A stretch of 39,178 nucleotides of DNA, taken from assembly GCA_033763905.1 (NCBI GenBank), contig JANRJP010000088.1, forward strand, positions 1-39,178, read 5' to 3'. Numbering within the stretch: the first letter of the stretch is position 1; each line of letters begins with the position of its first letter. Source of the DNA: Gemmatimonadaceae bacterium. Its GTDB lineage: Bacteria > Gemmatimonadota > Gemmatimonadetes > Gemmatimonadales > Gemmatimonadaceae. This document shows, one piece after another, positions 29,901 to 37,578 of the stretch. The translations under genes were made by a program, and so were the position numbers. The notes beneath the pieces were generated by a model. It did not search any database, was not told the origin of the DNA, and was given only the letters and a program-made list of their open reading frames with translations.

Positions 29901-32086
29901 TGGAGCGCGTGGTGGCGAGCGAGATGGAGCAGTTGCTGCATCTCGAACAGATCGAGCGCCACGACGATTTCTTCCTGCTTGGCGGACACTCCCTGCTCGC
30001 CGTGAAGTTGGTGGCACGTCTGAGTGCACGCCTGGGGCATCGCATCCCGCTCCGGGCCGTCCTGCTCGCGCCGAGCGTGCGCGCGCTGGCTGAATGGATC
30101 GAAGTGGCCCGCGCGGATGCACCCGCGTCGCTCCGACTCGTGCAGCGGGCACATCAACAGACGGCGCCACTGTCGCCGATGCAGGAGCGCCTCTGGTATC
30201 TCGAGCAGCTGCGCCCCGGCACGCCGATGTACAACACGCCATCGGGTCACCGGCTGCACGGCAGCCTCGATCGCGCCGCGTTCGAACGCGCATTCGCGGA
30301 CATCGTGCAGCGCCAGTCGGTCTTCCGCACCGTGTTCGACACGGCGCTCGATGCCGAGCCGATGCAGCGCATTGTCAGTGATGCCGATCCGATCACGATC
30401 GAACTCGAGGATCTGAGCGCGCTGGCGAGCGATGTGCGCGAAGCCACGCTGGAACGGCGGCTCGCGGCGCTGGCCGAGGTGCCCTTCGATCTGCGTGTCG
30501 GCCCGCTGTATCGCGTGCGACTCTTCCGGCTCGCGCCGGACGAGCACGTGTTCTTTCTGATGCTGCACCACGCGCTGTGGGACGGCTGGTCGTTCGACAT
30601 CTTCTACCGCGAGTTCTCGCACTGCTATGCGGCCCGGCGGCGCGGCGAGACGCCTCGGCTGCCGCGGTTGCCCTTCAGCTACGGCGACGTCGCGTCAGCG
30701 CTGCGGGAAGACGTCGCGGCGGCCGCCGCCGCGCGCGACCTGCGCTACTGGACGCAGCGACTGGCCGGCGCGCCGCGCGCGATCGAACTGCCGGCGGATC
30801 GTCCGCGGCCGCTCCAGCAGTCCGGCCGCGGCGTCACGAACTGGCTGAATCTCTCCCCCGAGATCGCCGACGCGGTACGCCGCACGGCGCAGCACGCGGG
30901 CACCACGTCGTTCGCGTTGCTGGTGTCGGCGTACGCCGTGCTGCTCTCGCGCCTGTCGGGGAGTGCCGATGTCGTCATCGGCACGCCGGTGCGCGGGCGC
31001 GCGCAGCCTGAACTCGAGTCGGTGATGGGGCTGTTCGTGAACACACTCCCGCTGCGGATGACGGTGGACGATTCGCGCAGCGTGTTCGACTTCGTCAGCG
31101 CGGTCGGGGCGTTGGTGCGGTCTGATCTTGCGCACCCGGATGTCTCGCTCGATCAGCTCGTGCGCGCGCTCAATGTGCCGCCGGACGAGCAGCGGCATCC
31201 GTTGTATCAGGCCGTCTTCTCGTATCAGGACGGTCGCGGCCGTGAGACGCAATGGGGCGATCTCCGGCACGAGCCCAACTTCGTCCGCCACGGACAGATC
31301 ACCGAGGACATTCGCCTCGGCTTCGTCGAGCGGGAGAACGGCCTGCGCGGCGCGCTGACCTACAACACCGATGTGTTCGACGAACGCACGATGATCGAGT
31401 TCGCGCGCTGCTACGAGAGCATCGTGCGCGAGTTGCTGTCCGACGGTCGTCGGCTGATCAGCACGGTCGGTGCCGCGGCGGCCGCGGCGGGGCGCCACGC
31501 GGTCGTCAGCGGCGCCGCGCCAGCACAGGCGCAACCGCTGGCGGAGCTCACGTCGGCGGTGGCGGCCCTCGACGGGGTGGCGGACGCGGCCGTGGTGCTG
31601 CAGCGGGACGACCTCGGCGAGGCGCGGATCGTTGCCTATCTCGCGTGTCGGCCCGGCGTCACCTACACCGCCAGCGATGTCCGCGCCCACGTCCGGCGCC
31701 GCTCACCGACCATCGGGGTACCGGCGTTCGTCCAGCTGCTGCCGCAGATCCCCCGATTGCCCGATGGGCGCGTCGATCTCGCCGAGCTGCCGAACCCGTA
31801 CGCGCCGTCCGCGAGCGCGGTCGGCCCCTATGTGCCGCCGGCTACTGGCGTGGAACAGCGGCTGAGCGAGTTGTGGTGCGACTTGCTGATGGTGGAACGG
31901 GCCGGCCGCAACGACAATTTCTTCCGACTGGGCGGTCACTCGCTGCTGTCGCTGCGGGCGTCGGCGCGCATCGAGCGCGAGTTCGGTGTCGCGATTGGCG
32001 TACGCGCCTTCATCACGCAGACGCTAGGGCAGATTGCCGAGGAGATCGAACGTCGCGCCGGTGGACGGCTTGGCTCACGCCTCTGA
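26951..32086 (+). CDS. NRPS: C-A(Gly)-T-C-A_sub-T, no TE or reductase domain
   Basis: C1 HHLVCDG; A YTSGSTGVPKG, FDIAVLE, NVYGPTE, YRTGD, PSGK; T GGHSLL; C2 HHALWDG; A C-terminal subdomain only; final T GGHSLL; GTGA overlap with PKS. Confidence 0.95.
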   Translation: MTARPNAVRFNPFAAGEIALVVPTTAAQREIWLAMQATDDATLAYNESCVLRMVGALDRAALDAAFATIIGRHDALRSTFAEDGLSLFVNREWSVPIEWHDWSDRPRPEALRRLEATRDEAVRRPFDLHRGPLVRATVVRLAADDHALILTSHHLVCDGWSLGVVTDELGACYRAIVDGVPFERPVPAQYAEYAAREVARTASPDGDADLGFWVRQFATVPAPLSLPTDRPRRVPRRVTSARVDAVLPAALVADIRRLAAATGGTTFGVLFAGFSMWLSRLTGDTDFVVGIPAAGQSAADMPSLVGHCVNLLPVRVTLSPDAPADACIRGVQDSLFAALEHQEYTFGSLLRHLALRRDAGRTPLVDVTFNVDRAAELDFGALKVSSDVTPRAADPFDLTVNLTPIGGGYRIECQYATALFAPATITAWLEAYVELLRQLADAASQPMASIPWVSTPQLERLRQWNDTGSATTGRADALIRAQARRSPDHPALAAAGHAAWSYEELITRTDALADGLLAAGVRPGDRVGLCLERGPKLVKAMLAVWSVGAAYVPLEAAYPAQRLRTMLGDAQVSLVVVDESTAAVAAAWEITCPIAPIGDLMRRVSPAERRPRPVLSPSDEAYVMYTSGSTGVPKGVSVPHSAVANFLVGITATIPVRESDRLLAVTTLGFDIAVLELLGPLVVGGTVIVAAAGIGGDAAALATVLAESGSTLVQGTPTMFGLLIASGWPGMAKLRVLVGGEPLPTHLAQELVARCGDVWNVYGPTEATVWATAWPVEAADDAVRIGRPLPGLRVHVLDAQGQRCPIGVPGELVIEGAGLATGYVNDAAQTAQRFAPSAALGGVRVYRTGDRGRWHADGALEHLGRLDAMVKLRGHRIEPGEIEQILARHPSVRQVLVRVVELATEDARLIAYVAADASPHLSDELLALARRHLPPYMIPQRIVFVPVIPTLPSGKVDHRALLATLEAGTGRTGARLHEPPATPLERVVASEMEQLLHLEQIERHDDFFLLGGHSLLAVKLVARLSARLGHRIPLRAVLLAPSVRALAEWIEVARADAPASLRLVQRAHQQTAPLSPMQERLWYLEQLRPGTPMYNTPSGHRLHGSLDRAAFERAFADIVQRQSVFRTVFDTALDAEPMQRIVSDADPITIELEDLSALASDVREATLERRLAALAEVPFDLRVGPLYRVRLFRLAPDEHVFFLMLHHALWDGWSFDIFYREFSHCYAARRRGETPRLPRLPFSYGDVASALREDVAAAAAARDLRYWTQRLAGAPRAIELPADRPRPLQQSGRGVTNWLNLSPEIADAVRRTAQHAGTTSFALLVSAYAVLLSRLSGSADVVIGTPVRGRAQPELESVMGLFVNTLPLRMTVDDSRSVFDFVSAVGALVRSDLAHPDVSLDQLVRALNVPPDEQRHPLYQAVFSYQDGRGRETQWGDLRHEPNFVRHGQITEDIRLGFVERENGLRGALTYNTDVFDERTMIEFARCYESIVRELLSDGRRLISTVGAAAAAAGRHAVVSGAAPAQAQPLAELTSAVAALDGVADAAVVLQRDDLGEARIVAYLACRPGVTYTASDVRAHVRRRSPTIGVPAFVQLLPQIPRLPDGRVDLAELPNPYAPSASAVGPYVPPATGVEQRLSELWCDLLMVERAGRNDNFFRLGGHSLLSLRASARIEREFGVAIGVRAFITQTLGQIAEEIERRAGGRLGSRL

Positions 32087-32758
32087 CGACTTGCATCGCC
32101 GCCGCATCGGGCAGGCCGCGCAGCGCTTCACGCGCGCCGTGCACACCAGCGCGCCCAGTTCCATCAACGCCTGATTCTGCACCCACGCGGCCTTGCCGGT
32201 TCGCGGCACCAGCGCTTCGGCGATGCGCCACAGCTGGGCGAGGTCCTTGGCTCGTTTCGGGTTGAGGCGCGGCGCGAAGACGCGGGCCAACACCCGGGCG
32301 ACGTTGGTGTCGACGAGCGCCGCGCGCTGTTCGAAGGCGAAGGACGCGACGGCACCGGCCGTGTAGGCGCCGATGCCCGGGAGCCGCCGCAGTTCATCCG
32401 GTGTGGATGGCAGGCCGCCAGGCCGCTCGGCGACCACGTGGCGCGCCAACTTGTGCAGATTGCGCGCCCGCGCGTAGTAGCCGAGGCCCGCCCACGCGGC
32501 GAGCACCTCCCGCTCGTGGGCCTCGGCGACGTGATGCAGGGTGGGGAATCGATCGAGAAACGCGTGCCAGTAGTCGATCACCCGTGACACCTGCGTCTGC
32601 TGCAACATCAGCTCGCTGACCAGAATGGCGTACGCGTCGCGCGTGCGTCGCCACGGCAGATCCCGCGCGTGGCGGCGATACCAACGCCGCAGCGCCGCGC
32701 CGAACGCCCGGCCCTCGGCCGCCGTCGGCAGGCCGCGAGCCCTCAGTGCGGATCCCAC
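32075..32758 (-). CDS. mutY: A/G-specific adenine glycosylase, short form (HhH-GPD + 4Fe-4S)
   Basis: RDLPWR, VSELMLQQTQV, WAGLGYYARARNL, LPGIGAYTAGA, VDTNV and C-x6-C-x2-C-x5-C. GTG 32758 start inferred. Confidence 0.88.
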   Translation of the reverse strand: MGSALRARGLPTAAEGRAFGAALRRWYRRHARDLPWRRTRDAYAILVSELMLQQTQVSRVIDYWHAFLDRFPTLHHVAEAHEREVLAAWAGLGYYARARNLHKLARHVVAERPGGLPSTPDELRRLPGIGAYTAGAVASFAFEQRAALVDTNVARVLARVFAPRLNPKRAKDLAQLWRIAEALVPRTGKAAWVQNQALMELGALVCTARVKRCAACPMRRRCKSSEA

Positions 32759-33399
32759 GTGGGTGTGGCGCTGAACAGCCCCTGCTCGACGATCAACTCG
32801 TGCGCCAGCAGGACGCCGAACAGCACCGACAGCAGCCCAGCGGCCAAGCGGACACGATGCGACCACACCGGTCCTCTGGCCCCAGCGGCGGTGGCCGGCA
32901 GCGCGACCAGCATCGTGGTGAGCACCATCCCCGCCACCGTGCCCAGGCCGAAGACCAACAGATAGCCAAGCGCCTGCCACGTATCGGCGATGGTCGTGAG
33001 CACGAGAATCGCCACCGCCGCCGAGCCCGCCAGGCCGTGGACGACCCCGATCAGCACCGGTCGCCAGCCGCCGCGGAGCGCGTCCTCCTCGTGCGAATGC
33101 GAGCTCGCCGGCCGTCGGAGGTTGGCGAAACCGAGCACGACGAGCATCACCGCGACGCCGAATTCGAGCCCAAGGCCGACCCGTGGCGGCACGGCGAGGC
33201 GGAACGCGATGATCGCGCCGCCAAGCACCAGCACGGTCAGCGAGTGGCCGAGGCCCCAGAGCGCGCCAATGCGCGCGGCCCGCAGCACGGACGGCTCCCG
33301 GGCGACGATCGTCGTCACGGCGACCACGTGGTCGGCGTCGGTGGCGTGGCGGAGGCCAAGGAGCGCGCCGATGCCAAGGGCGGAAATCAGGGAAATCAC
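32743..33399 (-). CDS. High-affinity nickel/cobalt transporter (NiCoT/UreH-like)
   Basis: GLRHATDADH, WGLGHS, HSH loop and GVVHGLAGSA motifs; about six TM segments. Confidence 0.85.
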   Translation of the reverse strand: MISLISALGIGALLGLRHATDADHVVAVTTIVAREPSVLRAARIGALWGLGHSLTVLVLGGAIIAFRLAVPPRVGLGLEFGVAVMLVVLGFANLRRPASSHSHEEDALRGGWRPVLIGVVHGLAGSAAVAILVLTTIADTWQALGYLLVFGLGTVAGMVLTTMLVALPATAAGARGPVWSHRVRLAAGLLSVLFGVLLAHELIVEQGLFSATPTWDPH

Positions 33400-33480
33400 A
33401 GCGGAAAGATACCGCGCGCGGTGGCGCCACGCCCTGCCAGCAGGTGAAATTCACATCGTGCCCGCCCTCTTGGCCCCAGA

Positions 33481-36222
33481 ATGACCCCGTCGTTGCGCGA
33501 CCAGCTGTCGGCGCTCCTGGGCCACACGTACCGCATCGAGCGTGAACTCGGCGGCGGTGGAATGGCACGAGTGTTTCTGGCCGATGAGATCGCGCTCGGC
33601 CGTTCGGTCGTGCTCAAGGTGCTCGCGCCGGATGTGGCGGGCACGATCGATGCCGATCGGTTCCGCCGCGAAATCACCTTCGCCGCGACGCTGAATCATC
33701 CGCATCTCGTGCCGCTGCTGACCGCGGGCGAAGTGAACGGCGTGCCGTACTACACGATGCCGTTCGTCCGCGGGCGCACGTTGCGCGATCGGCTGCTGCA
33801 GGGCGGGGCGCTGCCGCTGGCGGAAGCGGTGTCGATCTTCCGCGATGTCCTGACCGCCGTGGCATATGCGCACCGCAACGGCGTGGCGCACCGCGATCTC
33901 AAGCCGGAGAACATCCTCCTTTCCGAAGGTGGCGCGATCGTCGCCGATCTCGGCATCGCCAAGGCAATCGGGGCCTCGACCGGCGGTGGGGCGCGCGATG
34001 CGACCTCCGCGGGGGTGGTGCTCGGCACGCCGGCGTATATGGCACCCGAGCAGGCGACCGCCGATCCGGCGGCCGACCAGCGCGTCGACATCTACGCGGT
34101 GGGTGCGGTGATGTTCGAGATGCTCGCCGGCCGTCCGCCGTTCAACGAAGGGACGTCGACCGAGATCATGCGCGCCCACGTGCATCAGCCGACGCCGGAT
34201 GTGCGGACCGCACGATCGGATCTGCCCGAGCCGCTGGCGGCACTCGTCACCGAGTGCCTCGCGAAGCGGCCGTCGGATCGGCCGCAGATGGCCGATGACG
34301 TGCTCAAGCGGCTCGACGCGATCGGCGCCGCACCGACCGCGCAGCATATGGTGTGGACCGCCGGCGGCTCGGCCATCGTGGGCGGCGCCAACGCAAACGC
34401 AACGACGGCGTCGGCGGCGTCGTCGTCGCCTCCCCGCTGGTGGCGACGCCTCGCGGCGGCACTCGCGCTGCTCGGCGTCGCCGGGGCCATCGGCTGGGCG
34501 ATGCTTCCGGCGGCGTCCCGCGCGGTGGTGCTGGGCATCCTCTGGCGCTCGGGGCCCGTCGTCACTGATGGGCGCGTGGTCATCGTCCCCTTCGTCAACC
34601 AGACCGGCGATACCTCGCTGACGGTATTCGGCGATATGGCGGCGGACTGGCTGACGCGCGGGATTTCGCGCACCGGGACCGTGGAGGTCGTCGACGCCCG
34701 CACGGCGAAGATCGCTTCACTGATCGTCGACTCCACGGGTGTCGTCCGCTTCCGGGGACGCGATATCGAAATCGCCGGCGAGACCGGCGCGGCACTCGTG
34801 ATCAGCGGCAACTACTACCGCGATCGCGACACCCTGCACATCGAGGCACGACTGCTCGACGTGCGGAAGCAGCGGACCGTGCCGTTGGCCAGCCTGAGTG
34901 GCAGCGTGACACGACAAGCGCCGCTGGTCGAGGAACTTCGCAAGCGCGTGATGGGCACGCTCGCGCCGATCGTGAACGGCGACCGCGCGTGGAGTGACGG
35001 GATGGGCGATCCGCCCAGCTACGAAGCGTTCCTCGAGGTGTACAACGCCGTCGCGTCCTTTGCGCGTGGCGACACGGCCGACGCGTTCCGCCGCTATCGG
35101 CGCGCGGAAGCTCTCGACTCGGCGTACGTCGTGCCGCTGATCCTCAACGCCTACGCCCACGCCGATGTCGGCATCATGGAGCGGAACTCGGCCGCACTCG
35201 ACACCGCCCGGGCGCTTCTCGAACGCGCCGAGCAGCGACGGGCGAACGCGATTCCATCAGAGCTGGTGATGATGGACTACATCCGGGCGCAGGCAACGGG
35301 GGATGCCGAGCGGACCTACGCCGCCGCACGGGACGGCATCCGGTTGCTACCGGGCTCGGACATCGCCGTCATCGCCGCGATGTCCGCCGTCTGGGCCGGT
35401 CGACCGGATTCGGCCTTGTCGTTCATCGCGCGCTCCGACGCCTTGCGCGGCGTCAACCTCATCCGGCCCGGCTACTGGCGCTGGAAGATTTCGGCGCTGC
35501 AGATCGCCGCACGGTGGGATGAAGCGATCGAGGCGGCCGAGCAGGCGCTGCGACAGTTCCCGGATGACGCCGAACTGCACGCGATGCACGCGATCGCGTT
35601 TGCGGGAGCCGGGCAGACCGGCGAAGCCCGCGCAGCCGGCGAACGGCTGCTGCAGCGCGCGTCCGTTCGCCGCGAGCCTCGGCTGGTACACGCCGCCGCC
35701 AGTGTCGCGCAGGCGCTGGCCGCTGGCGGCGATACACTTGCCGCGCGGGCCTTCGCGCGTGACGCGATCGCGCGCGTGCCAGCGGCCGCGAGCGATACGT
35801 CGGTAGCCGGCCGACGCGCGTGGGGTCGATTGGCGCTGGCCGCCGGTCACGACGCCGATGCCGCAGCGGCGTACCGTGCGGTGCTCGAGCGTCGGCCGTC
35901 CGACGCGGCGGCCGAGGGGGCGCTGGCGCTGCTGGCGGCGCGTCGCGGCGCGGGCGCGGAGTCCCGAGCGCTCCTCGCGAGGACGTTGCCGCCCAATGCC
36001 GACGGCCTCTCCCGCGCCGACGCACTCGTGTGGCGCGCCCGCGCCTACGCGCAGCTCGGCGACGAACCGGCGGCGCTGCAGGCGCTGGCCGAGGCCATCG
36101 CGACGGGAGCAACGTTCGGCAATCCGCTTGAGGCGGGGCTGCCGAACATCGCCACGGCGCCGGAGTTCGCGACGCTCGCGGCCAATCCCGTCTTCACCGC
36201 GCTGACTCGTCCGCGGCGCTAG
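33481..36222 (+). CDS. Hanks-type Ser/Thr protein kinase with TM, TolB-like and TPR regions
   Basis: GGGGMARV, VLKVL, HRDLKPEN, DLGIA, GTPAYMAPEQ and DIYAVG; hydrophobic segment; VPFVNQTGD; Ala-rich helical C-terminus. Confidence 0.93.
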   Translation: MTPSLRDQLSALLGHTYRIERELGGGGMARVFLADEIALGRSVVLKVLAPDVAGTIDADRFRREITFAATLNHPHLVPLLTAGEVNGVPYYTMPFVRGRTLRDRLLQGGALPLAEAVSIFRDVLTAVAYAHRNGVAHRDLKPENILLSEGGAIVADLGIAKAIGASTGGGARDATSAGVVLGTPAYMAPEQATADPAADQRVDIYAVGAVMFEMLAGRPPFNEGTSTEIMRAHVHQPTPDVRTARSDLPEPLAALVTECLAKRPSDRPQMADDVLKRLDAIGAAPTAQHMVWTAGGSAIVGGANANATTASAASSSPPRWWRRLAAALALLGVAGAIGWAMLPAASRAVVLGILWRSGPVVTDGRVVIVPFVNQTGDTSLTVFGDMAADWLTRGISRTGTVEVVDARTAKIASLIVDSTGVVRFRGRDIEIAGETGAALVISGNYYRDRDTLHIEARLLDVRKQRTVPLASLSGSVTRQAPLVEELRKRVMGTLAPIVNGDRAWSDGMGDPPSYEAFLEVYNAVASFARGDTADAFRRYRRAEALDSAYVVPLILNAYAHADVGIMERNSAALDTARALLERAEQRRANAIPSELVMMDYIRAQATGDAERTYAAARDGIRLLPGSDIAVIAAMSAVWAGRPDSALSFIARSDALRGVNLIRPGYWRWKISALQIAARWDEAIEAAEQALRQFPDDAELHAMHAIAFAGAGQTGEARAAGERLLQRASVRREPRLVHAAASVAQALAAGGDTLAARAFARDAIARVPAAASDTSVAGRRAWGRLALAAGHDADAAAAYRAVLERRPSDAAAEGALALLAARRGAGAESRALLARTLPPNADGLSRADALVWRARAYAQLGDEPAALQALAEAIATGATFGNPLEAGLPNIATAPEFATLAANPVFTALTRPRR

Positions 36223-36225
36223 CGT

Positions 36226-36282
36226 CGCGCGCCCGCGCGGCTCACGCCGCGCGCCCGCGCGGCTCACGCCGCGCGTCCGCGC
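36226..36282. repeat. 22-bp tandem repeat, about 2.6 copies, between convergent genes
   Basis: CGCGCGCCCGCGCGGCTCACGC at 36226 and 36248; partial CGCGCGTCCGCGC at 36270. Confidence 0.88.
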
Positions 36283-36287
36283 TGACG

Positions 36288-37556
36288 TCAGGAGACCGTG
36301 CGCGTCTTGCGGCGGAGGAAATCCATCAGCACGAACTGGCCAAGCGACATCGTGTTCGTGAAGTAGGCCTTGCCGCGCGCGATCGTCGAGACCTCCTTCA
36401 CGAACTCAACCAGCGCTCGATCGCGCGCCAGCATGAACGTGTTGATCTGAATACCGCTGCGCCGGCAGTGCGAGACTTCCTTGAGCGTGTCCGCCAGCAC
36501 GCCGGCGTCGAGCCCCATCGAGTTCTTGTAGATCCGTCCGTCGGGCAATGTCAGCGCCGACGGCTTGCCGTCGGTGATCATGATGATCTGGCGCATATCC
36601 TTCTTCTGCGCCATCAGAATGCGCCGCGCCAGCTTGAGCCCTTCGCAGGTATTGGTGTGGTACGGCCCGACCTGCGCGCCGGCGAGGGTCGCCAGCGGAA
36701 TCTCCTCGGCCGAGTCGTGGAACAGCACGACGCGAATGCTGTCGCCGGGAAACTGCGTGCGAATCAGGTGTGTCAGCGCGAGCGCGACCTTCTTTGCCGG
36801 CGTGAAGCGGTCCTCGCCGTAGAGGATCATCGAGTGCGAACAATCGAGCATCAGCACCGTCGCGCAGCTCGACCGATACTCGGCCTGACGCACCATCAGA
36901 TCGGGATAGTCGATGTCCATCGGCACCGAGATCTCACCGGTGCGCGCCAGCGCGTTCTTGAGGGTCTCGACGACATCGACGTTCAGCACGTCGCCGAACT
37001 CGTAGGGCTTGGCCCACGCGTCGGCCTCGATGCCGGTCGCGAGGTACGGCGTATCGTGTGAACCGGCACTGGACTTGCCGAACGAGCCCAGCAGGCCGCG
37101 CAGCGCCTTGTAGCCGAGAAAATCGATGCCCTTCTCGGTCAGGTTGAACTGCACGTCGCGCGCGGCCGCCTGTGCCACGCCGCCCTTGCCGGTCACGTTT
37201 TCGTAGCCCGCCGGTACCTGCGGCGGCGCATCGGCCTTGATGTAGCCGCCATCAAGCAGACGCTGCACCAGGTCGTCCAGCAGTTGCGCCAGCTTCTGCT
37301 GTGCCCCGTCGTCCCCCTCGCCGCGCAGCGCTTCGAGCATCTCGGGCGTGAACTGGTTGCCCTCGATCAAGGCGTTGAGGATCGCCTCCTTGAGCGCGTC
37401 GAGCGAGCGGTCGCCATCCCCGTCGGCGTCGTGCCAGGGCGACTGGCCGGCGAACCCCGACTGCAGCAGAAAGTCGGCCAGTTGCTCAAGCAGGCCCTGC
37501 AGATCGATCTCGTCCGCCATCGCCGGGTCGAACTTCTTGTACGTGTGGGAGCGCAT
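36288..37556 (-). CDS. VWA (von Willebrand A) domain protein
   Basis: MIDAS DCSHS, YHTNT and [15 protein letters not shown] precedes the VWA domain; start MRSHTY at 37556. Confidence 0.88.
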   Translation of the reverse strand: MRSHTYKKFDPAMADEIDLQGLLEQLADFLLQSGFAGQSPWHDADGDGDRSLDALKEAILNALIEGNQFTPEMLEALRGEGDDGAQQKLAQLLDDLVQRLLDGGYIKADAPPQVPAGYENVTGKGGVAQAAARDVQFNLTEKGIDFLGYKALRGLLGSFGKSSAGSHDTPYLATGIEADAWAKPYEFGDVLNVDVVETLKNALARTGEISVPMDIDYPDLMVRQAEYRSSCATVLMLDCSHSMILYGEDRFTPAKKVALALTHLIRTQFPGDSIRVVLFHDSAEEIPLATLAGAQVGPYHTNTCEGLKLARRILMAQKKDMRQIIMITDGKPSALTLPDGRIYKNSMGLDAGVLADTLKEVSHCRRSGIQINTFMLARDRALVEFVKEVSTIARGKAYFTNTMSLGQFVLMDFLRRKTRTVS

Positions 37557-37578
37557 CGGGTGGTGCCTCGTCGATCGG

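Noticed and set aside
20403..32086. Identification as a microcystin, mycosubtilin or zwittermicin cluster
   Set aside because: Shares only the KS/ACP-AMT-C logic; it is far smaller and lacks the other modules.
32759..33568. Apparent long N-terminal extension of MutY (497-aa ORF)
   Set aside because: Alternative frame over the nickel transporter gene; not protein-like.
36226..36282. Possible mini CRISPR array
   Set aside because: Repeats are contiguous with no spacers, and no cas genes are present.
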